DNA of 64,000 nt from Carcharhinus amblyrhynchos (Eukaryota), in assembly GCA_965287045.1 (NCBI GenBank), contig OZ336876.1, forward strand, positions 82,460,001 through 82,524,000. Direction: 5' to 3'. Position 1 is the first letter of the stretch. Each line of letters begins with the position of its first letter. Shown one piece after another: positions 25,160 through 37,559 of the stretch. The translations under genes were made by a program, and so were the position numbers. Below the pieces are notes generated by a model. It was not told the DNA's origin. It saw only the letters and a program-made list of their open reading frames with translations, and ran no database searches.

Positions 25160-25737
25160 TAAGAACATAAGAACATAAGAACATAAGAAATAGGAGCAGG
25201 AGTAGGCCATCTAGCCCTTCGAGCCTGCCCCGCCATTCAATAAGATCATGGCTGATCTGTTGTGGCTCAGTTCCACTTTCCCGCCCTCTCCCCATAACCC
25301 TTAATCCCCTCTCTTATCAAGAACCCATCAACCCGCTTCTTAAAAATATTTAGCGAGGCAGCCTCCACCACTTCAACGGGCAGAGAATTCCAGAGATTCA
25401 CCACCCTTTGAGTGAAGAAGTTCCTCCTCAACTCCGTTCTAAACTGCCTCCCCTTTATCTTGAGGCTGTGCCCCCTAGTCCTACTGTCTTTTTTGAGCGG
25501 GAAGAGTCTCTCCACCTCTATCCTATCCATCCCATTCATCATCTTATATGTCTCAATGAGATCTCCCCTCATTCTTCTAAACTCTAACGAGTACAAGCCT
25601 AGTTTATTCAGCCTCTCCTCATAGCTCAATCCCCTCAACTCCGGTATCAGCCTAGTAAACCTCCTCTGCACTCCCTCCAGGGCCAAAATATCCTTGCGCA
25701 GGTGCGGCGCCCAAAACTGCACACAGTACTCCAGCAG
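25160..25737 (-). mobile_element. Young CR1, 5'-truncated, inside Gypsy RT
   Basis: ORF 25267-25722 is near-identical to the 9742-10230 region; tail (taagaaca)x3; no TSD visible. Confidence 0.95.
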
Positions 25738-25811
25738 CGAAGTCTTCTAGCAGTGCGAGATCCTCATGGCGCACACAAAGAAAATGATATCTGCTTACTG
25801 GAGACACGCAT

Positions 25812-26520
25812 TGTGAGAAACGCAGCTCACAGTCAAGCAATTTAGTCAAGTCAAGTTCTGAAGGAGCAAGATATTTTATTTAACGTTCTTGCAAGACCGG
25901 GTGTCCAACAAAATAGGCACGCCTTACATCGATTTGCAGCACATTTTTATACTTTTTTACAAGCATTGTAATGGCTTTGCAATGTGTTGTTCTCCCCTAA
26001 TTGGTGGTCCCTGTCCCATCTATGCGTTGTCATTCCCCTATTGGCTTAAGGTGCCCCAAGTTTCCATCCCCTCTACTCCCCATCTAACAATGTCTTCTGT
26101 TATCACAAGAGTGCATTAGTAAACTCATCCATCTTATCCAACACTGTTACATGTCCAGTTCAGATTGGCGGTAATCAATCCTTTGCCAACTTAATCACTG
26201 CTGTCCCGATTATCTCAGTGACCTTTTCCCCTTTTTATGCTTAGTTGTAGAAACAACACATCTTGTATACCATTTGCTTTTTATAACTTGGACCCACACA
26301 TCTGGTGTTATTCCTACACCACAGGCAGTCTTTTTATTGTCCCTGACTATTGCTCTGTTAGCAGCAGTGAATTTTATGCCCTATGTTTGTGACTAAAATC
26401 ACAGTTGTTTCCATAATGTGGGTTATCAATGTGCCTGACTATATCCAGTCTACCTAACTTTATGCTATTTTTCTATGGTGTACAGATATGTGTTAACAGC
26501 ATCTTTACCTGTTGCTCACA
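25812..26520 (-). mobile_element. Solo LTR (709 bp) with 5-bp TSD
   Basis: Termini TGTGAG..CTCACA; TSD cgcat at 25807-25811 and 26521-26525; minus-strand CCAAT x2, TATAAAA (~25945) and AATAAA (~25875) in the correct order; Gypsy RT is collinear across it. Confidence 0.88.
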
Positions 26521-26654
26521 CGCATGGTAAGTTTTTGAGGGTTCTTCACCTAATGGGATCCTTCAGAACCCACATTTTTGCATAAAGGATGGTGAAAGTA
26601 TTAGCATTTGGCATGTCAGCTATCACCTGTTCCACTGTCTCCATAAAGTGATGA

Positions 26655-26801
26655 GATCAAAGATAGGAGAGGGGATTAAGGGTTATGGGGAGAGGGCGGG
26701 AAAGTGGAACTGAGCAGTGACAGATCAGCCATGATCTTATTGAATGGCGGGGCAGGCTCGAAGGGCTGGATGGCCTACTCCTGCTCCTATTTCTTATGTT
26801 C
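26655..26801 (+). mobile_element. Young CR1, extreme 3' end only
   Basis: Reverse complement of 9655-9795; ends ttcttatgttc; interrupts Gypsy RT. Confidence 0.93.
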
Positions 26802-26903
26802 ACTCTGCTCAAATGCACTAGATTAATGCATTTCCTGACTCTGCCATTTTTCTTCACTGCGGACACCATTGTTGAAACTCATCCTCTGGTTTCATTTATG
26901 TTG

Positions 26904-27042
26904 TAAAAAGTCTGACAACACCAGGTTTTAGTCCAACCTATTTATTTGATAATATACTCACTAGCTTTCGGGGTTACCCCCTTCGTCAGGTGTTGTCAGA
27001 CTTTTTACTGTGTTTACGCCAGTCCAACGCCGGCATACCCAC
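26904..27042. mobile_element. PLE mini-insertion with inverted arm carrying a hammerhead core
   Basis: 13-bp TSD ttcatttatgttg (26891-26903, 27043-27055); inverted repeat taaaaagtctgacaacacc/ggtgttgtcagacttttta; 3' tail. Confidence 0.9.
26958..26992 (-). ncRNA. Minimal hammerhead ribozyme core (PLE-type)
   Basis: Minus strand reads CAC-CUGACGA-AGGGGG-UAA-CCCC-GAAA-GCUAGUG: conserved CUGANGA and GAAA boxes flanking a GC stem II, with a short self-complementary segment in place of stem III. The 5' strand of helix I is truncated by the junction. Confidence 0.72.
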
Positions 27043-28019
27043 TTCATTTATGTTGGCCATGATATCTAGTGTCATCATCTGATGCAGCTCATTGACTGAC
27101 TACTTTCTGCCTCATGACTGTTGATGCTCTTCTTTGAGCACAAAAAATGTTGATAGCACCGAGTCACCTAGTTTCATGCCATTGTGGTGGTATTTGTAGT
27201 TTCCCAATGAAGTCATAATTGCATTCTATCATTTCTGGGGCCTGTTGTTACACAGCATGCATTTCTGACCAAGTTGGATGAGCCCCAATGTAATGCTGTC
27301 CCAAAGACCTAGTAATGCTCGTGCATTCTCAACAAGTGTATAAAACTTGAAATGACCCTGTGTGCTGTGCGCAGTGGCCACAACTTCCGTGTGGATGGTT
27401 TGTCCACCATAAGCCACAATGTCTGTCTGAGGGCTGGGTTCTGGTACTGCACATGTTTCTAATTCTTGTAACTTACAACTGTTTACGACTTTGCTCAACT
27501 GTCAATGTTTATTTTCAGTCTTGCTGCAAATCATGTTCAGGATTGTGAAAATCTCCCCCTTTTTCTGTGATGTTGACACTCTCTCAATATTGTTGTTTTG
27601 AGGCTCAGCAATTTGGTTACTTTAGCTGAGCTCCAATATGTTTACCTTGTTGATGGTCCCAACCTTGGAGGACTGACCTAGCTACAATGTGGCTTGTTGC
27701 AAAGGAAGGATGCAAAGGTTTCAATGTGCAGCATTTTGTGAAATGATTCCACTTGCCACATATTGGCATCACTTACCATGTGCCAAACATGCGGTTCTGG
27801 TGTGATGGCTACCACATTTGGGATAGTGCCTGAACTGCAAAAACTTGTTTCCTGCCTAAAGTAAGTTTAGAAAGGTGTAAGCTTTACCTTTTTTTCCAAG
27901 TTGTCAAATAATACAGCAATGCAGTAAATGTGACACTCTTTCTCACCTTTGTCCAACCATAATATTTTGTTGAAAAAGAAGCAGGTTGATGCGGCAAAAC
28001 TCTTGTGTACCTATTGTCA

Positions 28020-28032
28020 ACTCCTGACACCA
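28020..28032 (-). promoter_or_regulatory. Primer-binding site, tRNA-Leu(CAG)-like
   Basis: TGGTGTCAGGAGT directly follows the LTR end ..TCTACA on the minus strand; complementary to a tRNA 3' end ..ACUCCUGACACCA. Confidence 0.75.
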
Positions 28033-28134
28033 TGTAGAAGTGCAGACTTCCCAAAAACTGGCCACGAATGACTTGTAACAAACAGAACTTTATTTACTAG
28101 TTGAGCAGCTCTCTGTGCTTGTACTCTGCCTATG

Positions 28135-30696
28135 TTTAATGTTTCAGGATGCTGCAGAAAAGATAGAATAGGAGGGAAGAGACGAGGGGGAGTTGCACTT
28201 TCAGCCACTGAGTCTATATGGGTAGAACTGAGAAATAAGAAGGGGGAAATCACTTTGATAACGTTGTACTATAGGCCCCCAAATAGTTGGGAAATTGAGG
28301 AGCAAACATGTAAGAAGATTACAGATAACGCCAAGGAAAATAGGATGGTAGTAGTAGAGGATTTTAAGTTTCCCAACATTGACTGGGGCATCCATAATAT
28401 TAGAGGGTTGGATAGAAAGAGATTTGCTGAGTATATTCAGGAGGAATTTCTTCAGTCTGTGGATGGCCTGTGAGAGAGGGGGCAAAACTTTTCCTTTTGG
28501 GAAATAAGGAAAGGCAGGTGATAAGTGATCCCTCACTAACACTTTGGGACCTGTGACCATAATTCCATTATTTTTAAGATGGCAATGGAGAATGATAGGT
28601 CCGACACAAAAGTTAAAGTTCTAAATTGGGGCAAGGCTAAATTTGATGGTATCAGGCAGGAACTTTCAAAAGTTGATTGCCTCCAAAGAGACGTCTGGTA
28701 ATTAGGAAGCTTTCAAAAATGTGTTGACCAGGGTTCAGGGTAAACACATTCCTTTTTAGAGTGAAGGGCAAGGCTGGCAGAAGTTGGGAACCCTGGATGA
28801 CTCGGGATATTGAGGCCCTGGTCAAGAAGAAAGAGGCACATGATGTGCAAAGGCAGTTGGGATCAAGTGAATTCCTTGAAGAGTATCGGGGATGTAGGAG
28901 TAGAGTTGAGGGCAAAAAGGGACATGAGATTGGATTCTCCTTTGCCTTTTCTACCAAAACAAAGAGCTCCTACAAATACATATAGGGCAAAACAGTAACA
29001 AGGGACAGAGTAGGGCCTCTTAAGGATCAACAAGGTCTATGTGCAGATTCACAAGAGATGGGTGAGATTCTAAATGAATATTTCTTATCAGTATTTACTG
29101 TTGAGAAAAGCGTGGATGTTAGGGAATTTGGGGAAATAAATAGTGATGTCTTGAGTGCACATTTTACAGAAAAGGAGGCGCTATAAGTCTTAAAGCGCAT
29201 CAAGGTAGTTAAATCTCTGGGACCTGATGAAGTACATCCCAGGACATTGTGGGAGGCTGGGGAGGAAATTGCGGGCCCTTGTGCAGATATTTGAATCATT
29301 GATAGTCATGGGTGGAGGGTGGCAAATTTTGTGCCTTTGTTTAAAAAGGGCTACAGGGAAAAGCATGGGGACTATGGGCCAGTGAGCCTCACATCTGTGG
29401 TGGGGTAAATTGTTGGAAGGTAATTTGAGACAGGATCTACAGGCATTTAGAGATGCAAGGACTGATTAGGGACAGTCAGCATGGCTTTGAGTGGAAAATC
29501 ATGTCTCTCAAATTTGAGTTTTTTTGAAGGGGTAACCAAGAAGGTAGATGAGGTCAGTGCAGTTGATTTTGCCTATGTGGACTTTAGCAAGGCCTTTGAC
29601 AAGATGCCGCGTGGTGGTTGTTGCATGAGGTTAACTCTCATGGGACCCAGGGTGAGATATCTAAATGGATACTAAATTAGCTCCTTGACAGATGCCAGAG
29701 GGTGGTTGCAGAGGGTTGTTTTCCAAACTAGAGGCATGTGACCAGCAGTGTGCCTCAGGGATCGGTGCTGGGTGCACTGTTATTGTCATTTTATATTAAT
29801 GATTTAGATGAGAATATAAAGAGGCATGGTTAGTAAGTTTGCAGATGTCACCAAGGTTGGTGGCATATTGGCAGTGAAGGTGATCTCGGATTGCAATGAG
29901 ATTTTGATCAATTGGACCAATGGGCTGATGAATGGCAGATGGAGTTTAATTTAGACAAATGCAAGATGATGCATTTTGGTAGACTGAACCAGGGCAGGAC
30001 TTACTCAGTTAATGGTAGGGTATTGGGGAGAATTAAAAACAGAGATCTAGAGAGATGGGTTCATAGCTCCCTGAAAATGGCGTCACAGGTGGACAGAATG
30101 GTGAAAAAGGTGTTTGGCATGCTTTGTTTTGTTAGTCAGAACATTTGAATACAGGAGTTGAGACGTCTTGTTGTACAAGACGTTGGCAAGGCCATACTTC
30201 GAATACTGTGTACATTTCTGGTCATCCTATAATAAAGGATATTATTAAACTAGAAAGAGTCCAGAAAAGATTTACTAGGATGCTTCTGGGACTTCCTTGT
30301 TTGAGATATAAGGAGAGGATGGTAGACTGGGACTACTTTCTCTGAAGTGTAGAAGGCTGAGGGGTGATCTTATAGAGGTCTATAAAATGAAGGCACAGAT
30401 CAGCTAAGTAGTCAATATCTTTTCCCAAAGGTAGGGCAGTTTAAGGTGAGAGGGGAAGAGATACAAAAGTGTTCAAAGGGGCAATTTTTTCAGAGGGTAG
30501 TGAGTGTCTGGAACGAGCTGCCATAGGGAGTAGTAGAAGTGGGTACAATTTTGTCATCTAAAAAGCATTAAGATGGGTATAGAGGGATATGGGCCAATGT
30601 GGGCATTTGGGATTAGCTTAGGGGTTTAAAAAAAAAGCAACATGGACAAGTTGGGCTCAAGGGCCTGTTTCCAAGCTAGAAACCTCTGACTCTATG
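28135..30696 (+). mobile_element. CR1 ORF2 (endonuclease to 3' end), decayed, inserted in the Gypsy 5' LTR
   Basis: RRGGVAL..ESIWVELRNKKG..YYRPP; PWMTRDIEALVKKK; GKSCLSNL..VDFSKAFDK; WQMEFNLDKCK; tail ctctgactctatg. Confidence 0.93.
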
Positions 30697-32484
30697 CTCC
30701 AAAGCAAACTCCTGTGCCCACGTCACGTGATTCTTTCAGTAGCTGTGTTGTCATATAATCACATGACCACTCAGATCTACAATGGGGGAAGGAGGATTTG
30801 TTTAAATTTAAGATGACCAATTAAAACAGAAGCTGATCCTTATTAATGTATTTGGAGGTTTGCAGACACTTTGATTTCTCAGTGTGCGATTCAGCTCCCC
30901 AGATCCTGCTTTGCCATTCTATGACTGATCTGTACCTAACCTCTATGTACCTAGTGTAAGGGTGCCAAGGGGTATGTTGTTACATACCCCTTGATGCATT
31001 TACTTAAGAGTATCTACAGCCTTTTGCCAAAGTGAGTTCACGATTTCTGCCAATCCTTTGGCTGAGATTGTATGGGTTTTGAGTTGGCTACAATGACACA
31101 GTTGACATTGGGTCCTTCTATGTGGAAGAAGTACTTTATTGTTGAATGCGGCCAAGCTGTAATTTTTACATTATGCTCCCTTATTTTGCATTTTGTCGCC
31201 ACAGGAAATTGTGTATAAAGACTTCAGTCAGGTCAACCACTAAACTTGCAACATCAAAGTTTCTACAAATGTCCTCCTAATTTAATCCCATAAAGCCCTG
31301 ATATTCGACTGAGTCTGCACTCATCCTACCCCTGGTTAACGTATCCTTCCTGACCTCTGGTGCTTTAAGCTAAACACAGTAGAAATGGAATCTTAACTGA
31401 GGCCCTATCCAACTGAAACATTAAATTTTCACCCAAGTTTTTAAACCCATAAACCACATCAGGAGCAATGTAGCACTTTACAGAAAGTGCAGAAAGCTTT
31501 GTTGCATTTACCTCAATTTCTTGCCAATTATGGACTGCCTTGTACAGGTCACTGTTTAGCAATTGGGTTTGCTGTCAGCGTGATTTCTTGCTGGTATGAC
31601 ATAAGATTTGGAAGGCCTGATGGGACACTGGCAAACAAGAATAATGAGCATTCATGAAATGCAAATAAATGTAAATGGCATTTGTGGCAACTGAAAACAG
31701 AATGACTCGCAGTTGCACAAATTGTAACCGTAATTTTACACCAGGCTTCCAAATTTTTGGTTTTCACTGGCTTCTTTGTGCCCATCATAGAGGGTGAGAG
31801 AATTCTGCCCTTAGTTTCTATACATCCTCTTTCTCCAATTCTCTTGCATAATACGTATTTGCTCTTTAAAACTGACTCACATGTTGAGGATACCATCCTC
31901 TGTTGTCAGAATTGCTCTTAATGTCCCTGGTTTGCAGTGTTGTCTCCCAAGGTCCTCCGCTGTCTCAAATGTTTTTTTTTCTTGGCTCCATTCTCCATTT
32001 CTCCATCTGCGTTCCTCCTATAATTTTATTCTCACCATGCTTCCATCAACTTTGGTGTCCATTTTAATTTTTGCTAGAAATGTTCTATGGTATCTTTCTG
32101 GCATGAAAAAAAATGAGGACATAAAATAGAAAGTTTGCTATTTGTAATCCATCCTATTTGCATTTGTATTTTTTGACCACATTTCATGGAACATTTCCCA
32201 AGTAGCTGCTATGCAAATTGATTTGCATAATGTGAATTATTTTTGATAAGCATGAAAAAGCAAGCCTATTAGTAGAAAACAGCTGTTTGTCCTAATCCAG
32301 TAATGATGGAAAAAGTGACTTTCATAAATTAAAATGCTGGAAACACTTGCTTCAGGCAGTATCTGTGAAGAGTATTTTACATTCAGGCACATGGCCTTCC
32401 TTTAGAATTGCTTTCTTTTGCACTTTAGGATAAAAATGTTAACAAAGTACTTTACACCCCTGTGTATCTGTGTTTTTAAGCTAT

Positions 32485-32640
32485 GGAAGAAAGAGCCCTG
32501 CATTATATAGCTCCTTTCACAATCTAGGATGTTCCAAAGCGGCCTACAGTTAGGTCACTATCTCGATTGTAGGATACAATTTGTGCATAGCAAGATCCCA
32601 CAGTCAGCAATAAATTAATTAATTATTTTGCGGTGTAGGC
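32485..32640 (-). mobile_element. Deu-type SINE fragment
   Basis: gcattatatagctcctttcaca..gatgttccaaagc..gcatagcaagatcccaca, shared with 46915-47260 and 49310-49610. Confidence 0.55.
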
Positions 32641-33889
32641 TTTCTTGCTCTCACCAATTTGCCTTTTTTTTTTACTCCTGTGTTCTCCAGCCTCTCCATT
32701 CTACAAAATTGAATCACGATGCTTAACAATCCCACTGTTCTCCATGGCTAGCCTTTTTTAATCTCATCTTCACCATCACCATTAAACACTTCCAGCCTCT
32801 TAAACTTCTCCACTAATGAAGTTGGCCCATGTTCTTCAATCTCCCATTGTAATCTCAGAAGTCAGAGGGAATTCTAAATGTATAAATTATTGGTTAGGTC
32901 ACTTTTAGAACATAGTCAATGCAGGAATCTTCCTCATCAGACACTAGTCCAAGGCATAAACTAGACCTGTAATTTTAAGTTTGAAATATGAACAGAACAC
33001 CACATCATAGAATAAATCTACACAATATTGTGCAGCTACAATGTAAGAAGAATTATATATTATCTTAAACATGTTCAGTGCAGTAGGATGGAGTTCCAGT
33101 AAGATGATCAGATGTTTATCTGGCAGGAAAGCTGACAGCAAAAAGAGGAGAGGAGCAGATAGGGAGAGATCATTATTGGGTAATGAGGAAGGAAGGGAGT
33201 GTCTCGTTGCAAGGTAGATGGTTGGGGCAGGGTTGAAACGGTTGGGGAAGGGGGTCTGATCACAGTAGTGGGAATAGAGAAGATTGCAAGGGGTGTTGCT
33301 TATGGATATTGTTGTGCTTGGGCTGGCTTACCATGACTGCTATAATGGTATTTGCTTTTTATAAGTATAGCCTTTCTCTCTTCCTTTTTTTTACCTGGCA
33401 GATTTCTTGAGCCTTGGGAAACCCAGCCAAGTGTGATTAAAAGATGGAATCACTGTCAAAATAGGGAGACACAGCCTTCAAAAAGATTTCAACACCTGAC
33501 CTGCCTCCTGGGAGTGTATAGGCAGGATGAGAAGGAGCAATTGATTTAAAACCAAAAGCGTGTGGTGGATTTGAAATAGGCTGAATTGTTTCTTCCATTC
33601 ATTTTTAATTTCTTTTAACTTAAACCAGACTTGCCTGCTTTTGACGGGTTAAAGTTTTCCTTCTATAAATTGACTGTTTATTTTCCCTTCATTTCCAATC
33701 TTAAATGTGTAACTAAAGAAGAAAGAGATGAAGGGCATGCACATTGAGCAATTGCTATAAATTTACAAGAGCTAAGCTGTCCATGGTCTGAATGGAAATA
33801 GAATTACTTGTTTATGACTGAGCAGTGTTATGAAGCAGAATTGGATCCCCCCCCACCTTTTGAGAACTAACACTGACTCACCCATAGAT

Positions 33890-34311
33890 GAGTACCTCAC
33901 CCTATAATCTGAAAAAAGTGTGCATGAAGTGATGTGACCTGTTCTTCAGCAACTTCTAGTGGTTAAATCAAAAAAATCCTTGACACTCGCTCAAGTCAAC
34001 AAGTGACAATTTATTTATCTAACAGTGAACAAATTAACTAAACTAGTAAATCGAATAAATCCCTCCTAACTATTAACTATTCTTAAATAAAACAAGATTC
34101 TAATGGTATGCTGTTCTAATAAATACAATTCCCATTCATTAATAAAAATAGAATTTAGTCACTCTAAATTACAACCAGATTTTTGTCTTTTGGAATATTC
34201 TGGGGTTTCTTGTTGATTCTTCTGTCTGGAACTTATTTCTTCTGTGGTACCTTTTACTATCTAGATGGTGCTTTCTCTAAGACATAGATGAAGCTATGAG
34301 AGCCAGTGACA

Positions 34312-34345
<34 letters not shown>
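33890..34345 (-). mobile_element. LTR-like fragment ending in a (CT)n microsatellite (34313-34343)
   Basis: tttatt poly(A) signal on the minus strand and compositional resemblance to 21157-21763; termini not resolved. Confidence 0.35.
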
Positions 34346-34347
<2 letters not shown>

Positions 34348-35289
34348 TTGAAACATACGTTATCACATTTTTAAAGTTGTTATACACGTTTATGTCTTGG
34401 GCTTTGTGCTCACTTTAAATTGTTTGTCATTGGAAGCATTAAGCTTCAATGAAATATCCCACATTTTTATAGAGCTGGATGCCCACCATCTGGGACAGTC
34501 ACACATGCCAGATTATGAGGAGACTGTTCAGCAGTTGGAAATGGAAATTTGTAGCAGGCATATTGCCCAGGATCTCTAAGGATGTTGGTTAAATTGGGAG
34601 CTACATCAGACGAGTACCATAGTTTGGGGCTTCCCTTTGCCATACTTCAGCATGAAAGGGGGCTAACTGAGGAGTCCAATTTGTTTACCTTGTACAATCA
34701 TTTTCGGTGACAATTGCAAATTGTTTAAAATAATACTAAGATTTCTGGACTTGCTTGAAAGAGGTGATGACAGTTAAATGAATTAAAGTAATCTAGGAGG
34801 TCTCCGTTTGCACTTGTTTCTATTTAATAAAGTTGACTTAATATGTATCCTGAGGTGTATAATCTGTCTGTGTTTTGTTAGTCAGCCAGAGGGATCAAGC
34901 TCTTGTGACGGTAATTCTTATTATTTCCATGTGCATGTAATCTGTTGAACCTTTCCTTGTTTGCTTGTGGCCTGCAGTTGTACTGATGTTGTGAAGTTGT
35001 GTTATATTGAGGTTGTATAGTGGCACCAACATAAGCAAACCTGGATAAACTGAGCAATTGCAATAATAAATCTTAATTTTTAAAATACTTTTAAAATTGA
35101 TGGGTATACAAATTCACCATTATTCCCTGTCCTTCATTCCCATATTTTTCTTGATGTTTTGAGAAGTGATTTTATTGGTACTGCAATAGCTGAATGTTTA
35201 AGATATTACGTTGTCTATAATGCAGATTGCACAACAGTATGGTGGAAATCCACATCTTGTTGCATTGTAGATATATTCAGTTTGTTGTA

Positions 35290-36140
35290 AGTGACAATGT
35301 TATTATAAATGTTTAGACAACTTTGTAGTGTTTTTCTGAATTAAAGTAAAATGTGACACTAATTGTGGTGGTTGTCCCTTTAACAATGTACAGTAACAAA
35401 TATCATCTTGCGTGGAACTCTTCCATACAAGCTTGTTGCTTTTCTATTTGCATGACCAATTCAGCAATCTTGTTCTTGTACGTATGTTTCTTTCTGTCTG
35501 AATTGCTGATATTTTGCAAACAATTTCAATGTTTTAGCCTCTACAGTTACATTGTCAAGCTCCCTTCTTCATGCTCTTATCCTTCAGATTCAATTCTTCA
35601 ACAGACGACTTATTCTCTGCTTGCTTTTTCATGGAGTCGGCTTATTTTCCGTTGTCTCATTAACTTCTCCTTTCACTTCACTCAATTTACAAAATTATTT
35701 TTAGGTTTGGTGTTTAGTGCCTTTTGCATACACGAATATATAAATCAAAGCTTTGAGTGGTTTTTCTGTTCCTGGTAGAAGTGTAATTCTGTAGTCTTGA
35801 GATGCTTCCACTGGATCGACATTATCAAGAACTGCAATATCAGATCCCGCTTCTGGCACAGGCAGTTCACCACTACTTATTTACGTAGAAACATCTTTGT
35901 CTATAACAGGTCAATCAAGTACTTCAATATTTGTAGGTTCAAAAACGTTTCTTGATGGCTTACTGCTGAGATCTTGAGGCTTCTGCATCCAAAACAAACA
36001 CTTTAATGGTGAACAAAATAATTCAGCCTAACTTTGGTTCAGTGGTCCATAAAGTGTCTCATGAATTCCAGTGTTCATGATAGGATTCTTGACCCACTCC
36101 ACAGAATTCACTATGTGAAGGACTATATTGTAATAACATT
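35290..36140 (-). mobile_element. Possible LTR-element remnant with coiled-coil/gag-like coding relic
   Basis: Strongly A/G-rich minus strand (E/K/Q-codon-like), as in 57500-58260, followed by LTR-like sequence ending ..taataaca. No catalytic motif seen. Confidence 0.3.
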
Positions 36141-36159
36141 TTTAAAATATAACACACGA

Positions 36160-36400
36160 TTGTTGCTGGCAAGGCCAGCATTTATTGTCTAACTTTTGGT
36201 TGCCTTTGAAAGTGGTAGTAATATGCCTCCTTGAGCCTCTAGTCTTGTGGTTTGAGTGCATCCATAATTAGGGAGGGAGTTCCAGGATTTTGATCCACTC
36301 AGTGAAGGCGCTATTACATTTCCAAGTCATGATAATGTGTGATTTGAAGGAGAACTTGCAAGTGGCAGTATTCTGATGCTGTCCTTGTTCTAAGTGGTTT
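36160..36400 (-). mobile_element. Family-B LINE 3' end
   Basis: gctggcaaggccagcatttattg..gagttccaggattttga..ttccaagtca matches 6505-6710. Confidence 0.7.
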
Positions 36401-37559
36401 AAACTTGTTTATACTTGCTCTGTGTGCATCCACCTATAGTTACTTTCAATACTGTTTACCAGCTTGCATCCCTGTAATATAGCTTCTGAATCACGTTGCT
36501 TTTAAGTATTTTTTTTAAATAAGGCTCGATCTTAACTCGGCCCCTGAGGGATAATCTTGAGCTACATCCAATCCTCTATCTTGTTGTTCAGAACTGGACA
36601 CGACCTGACAAGTGGTTTTGTTAGTATTTCAATTTCTAATTCTACTGGGTCAATTTCTGTTAAACCTTGGACCTTAGATTGAAATATACCAAGAATAATT
36701 GTGTTAATCACGAGTAGTTAGCAGCTTGTTTTCCCCTATTTAATGCAATTTGTTTTGACAGAACTATGATACTGACTCCAAATAAATTTTAGCTGTCTGC
36801 CTATATTTAAGCAATAGGCATATTTATGCTTACTTCACTCTAGTGGTGGTGCCAATTTTGTCACGAAGATGTTTTACTGCCTGCTGTTTATAGCATGGTG
36901 ACGTACTTGATTATTACCATATTGAAACAGTGGCAGGTTTTTTTGTTACTGTCAGAATTTGAATTACAAGCCATAATATCTATAGTGTGTTCTTTTGACT
37001 AAATTGCAAAGTTGAAATAGTAATTTAAAGACTAGTGGAAATTTTCGGGTTGAGGTTTGTACCAAAGCCAAGAAGAGCCTCTTGAAAACTTTTAAGTACA
37101 ACTATGCTACACAAGTGAGCCAATTATTTTATTGTATGGTTTAACTTTTAGCATGCAACTTCAAGATGTATGTAGTCACTTGGGTTTAATCACTTGGGTA
37201 AAAACTTTCAAATAATGTTACTCAAAATGTAAGGAATAGTTTTTAATTACCATTTTGCTAAAATACACTAAAACATCCAAGACCCAGAAATTATATGGAA
37301 AGAGGTATTGGGATTGGTCCATTATGTTGGAAGTTGAGTGGAAATAGAAAGAAAGCTAGCCTCTTTCATATCAAAAATTGCTAAACCAACTCTTTATGCG
37401 TGCTATGAGCTTGACCATGATCGGACTACTTACCTCATTGCTGTAGACCACCTCAGAGAGTTCTTGACATGATACATATATTTGGGCATCATTGTTCTTG
37501 TCTGTCACTTCAAATTTCAAATTGTCTAAAGTTCTGGGTGAAATGTGCTGTGAAGGGGA

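Larger units (their letters stand above)
23398..30781 (-). mobile_element. Decayed Gypsy/Ty3 LTR retrotransposon with nested insertions
   Basis: On the minus strand: 5' LTR (TGTAGA..TCTACA; 28033-28134 and ~30696-30781); PBS; gag zinc knuckle C..CGKWNHF..C (~27735-27830); RT motifs KKNGRVRKCI, KTVEQVIADMPNA, SPVSRYHFL, DILVWG; integrase ESIYWP..KEPL..EVPSHLWS..ADIFKW (24466-24840); PPT; short 3' LTR 23398-23458. RT lies upstream of integrase, the Gypsy order. Confidence 0.85.

Noticed and set aside
25160-25190. (taagaaca)n array, and the recurring ~40-bp motif elsewhere, as CRISPR-like repeats
   Set aside because: The 8-mer is the CR1 3' microsatellite tail. The 40-bp motif is dispersed with its own TSDs and has no spacers or cas genes.
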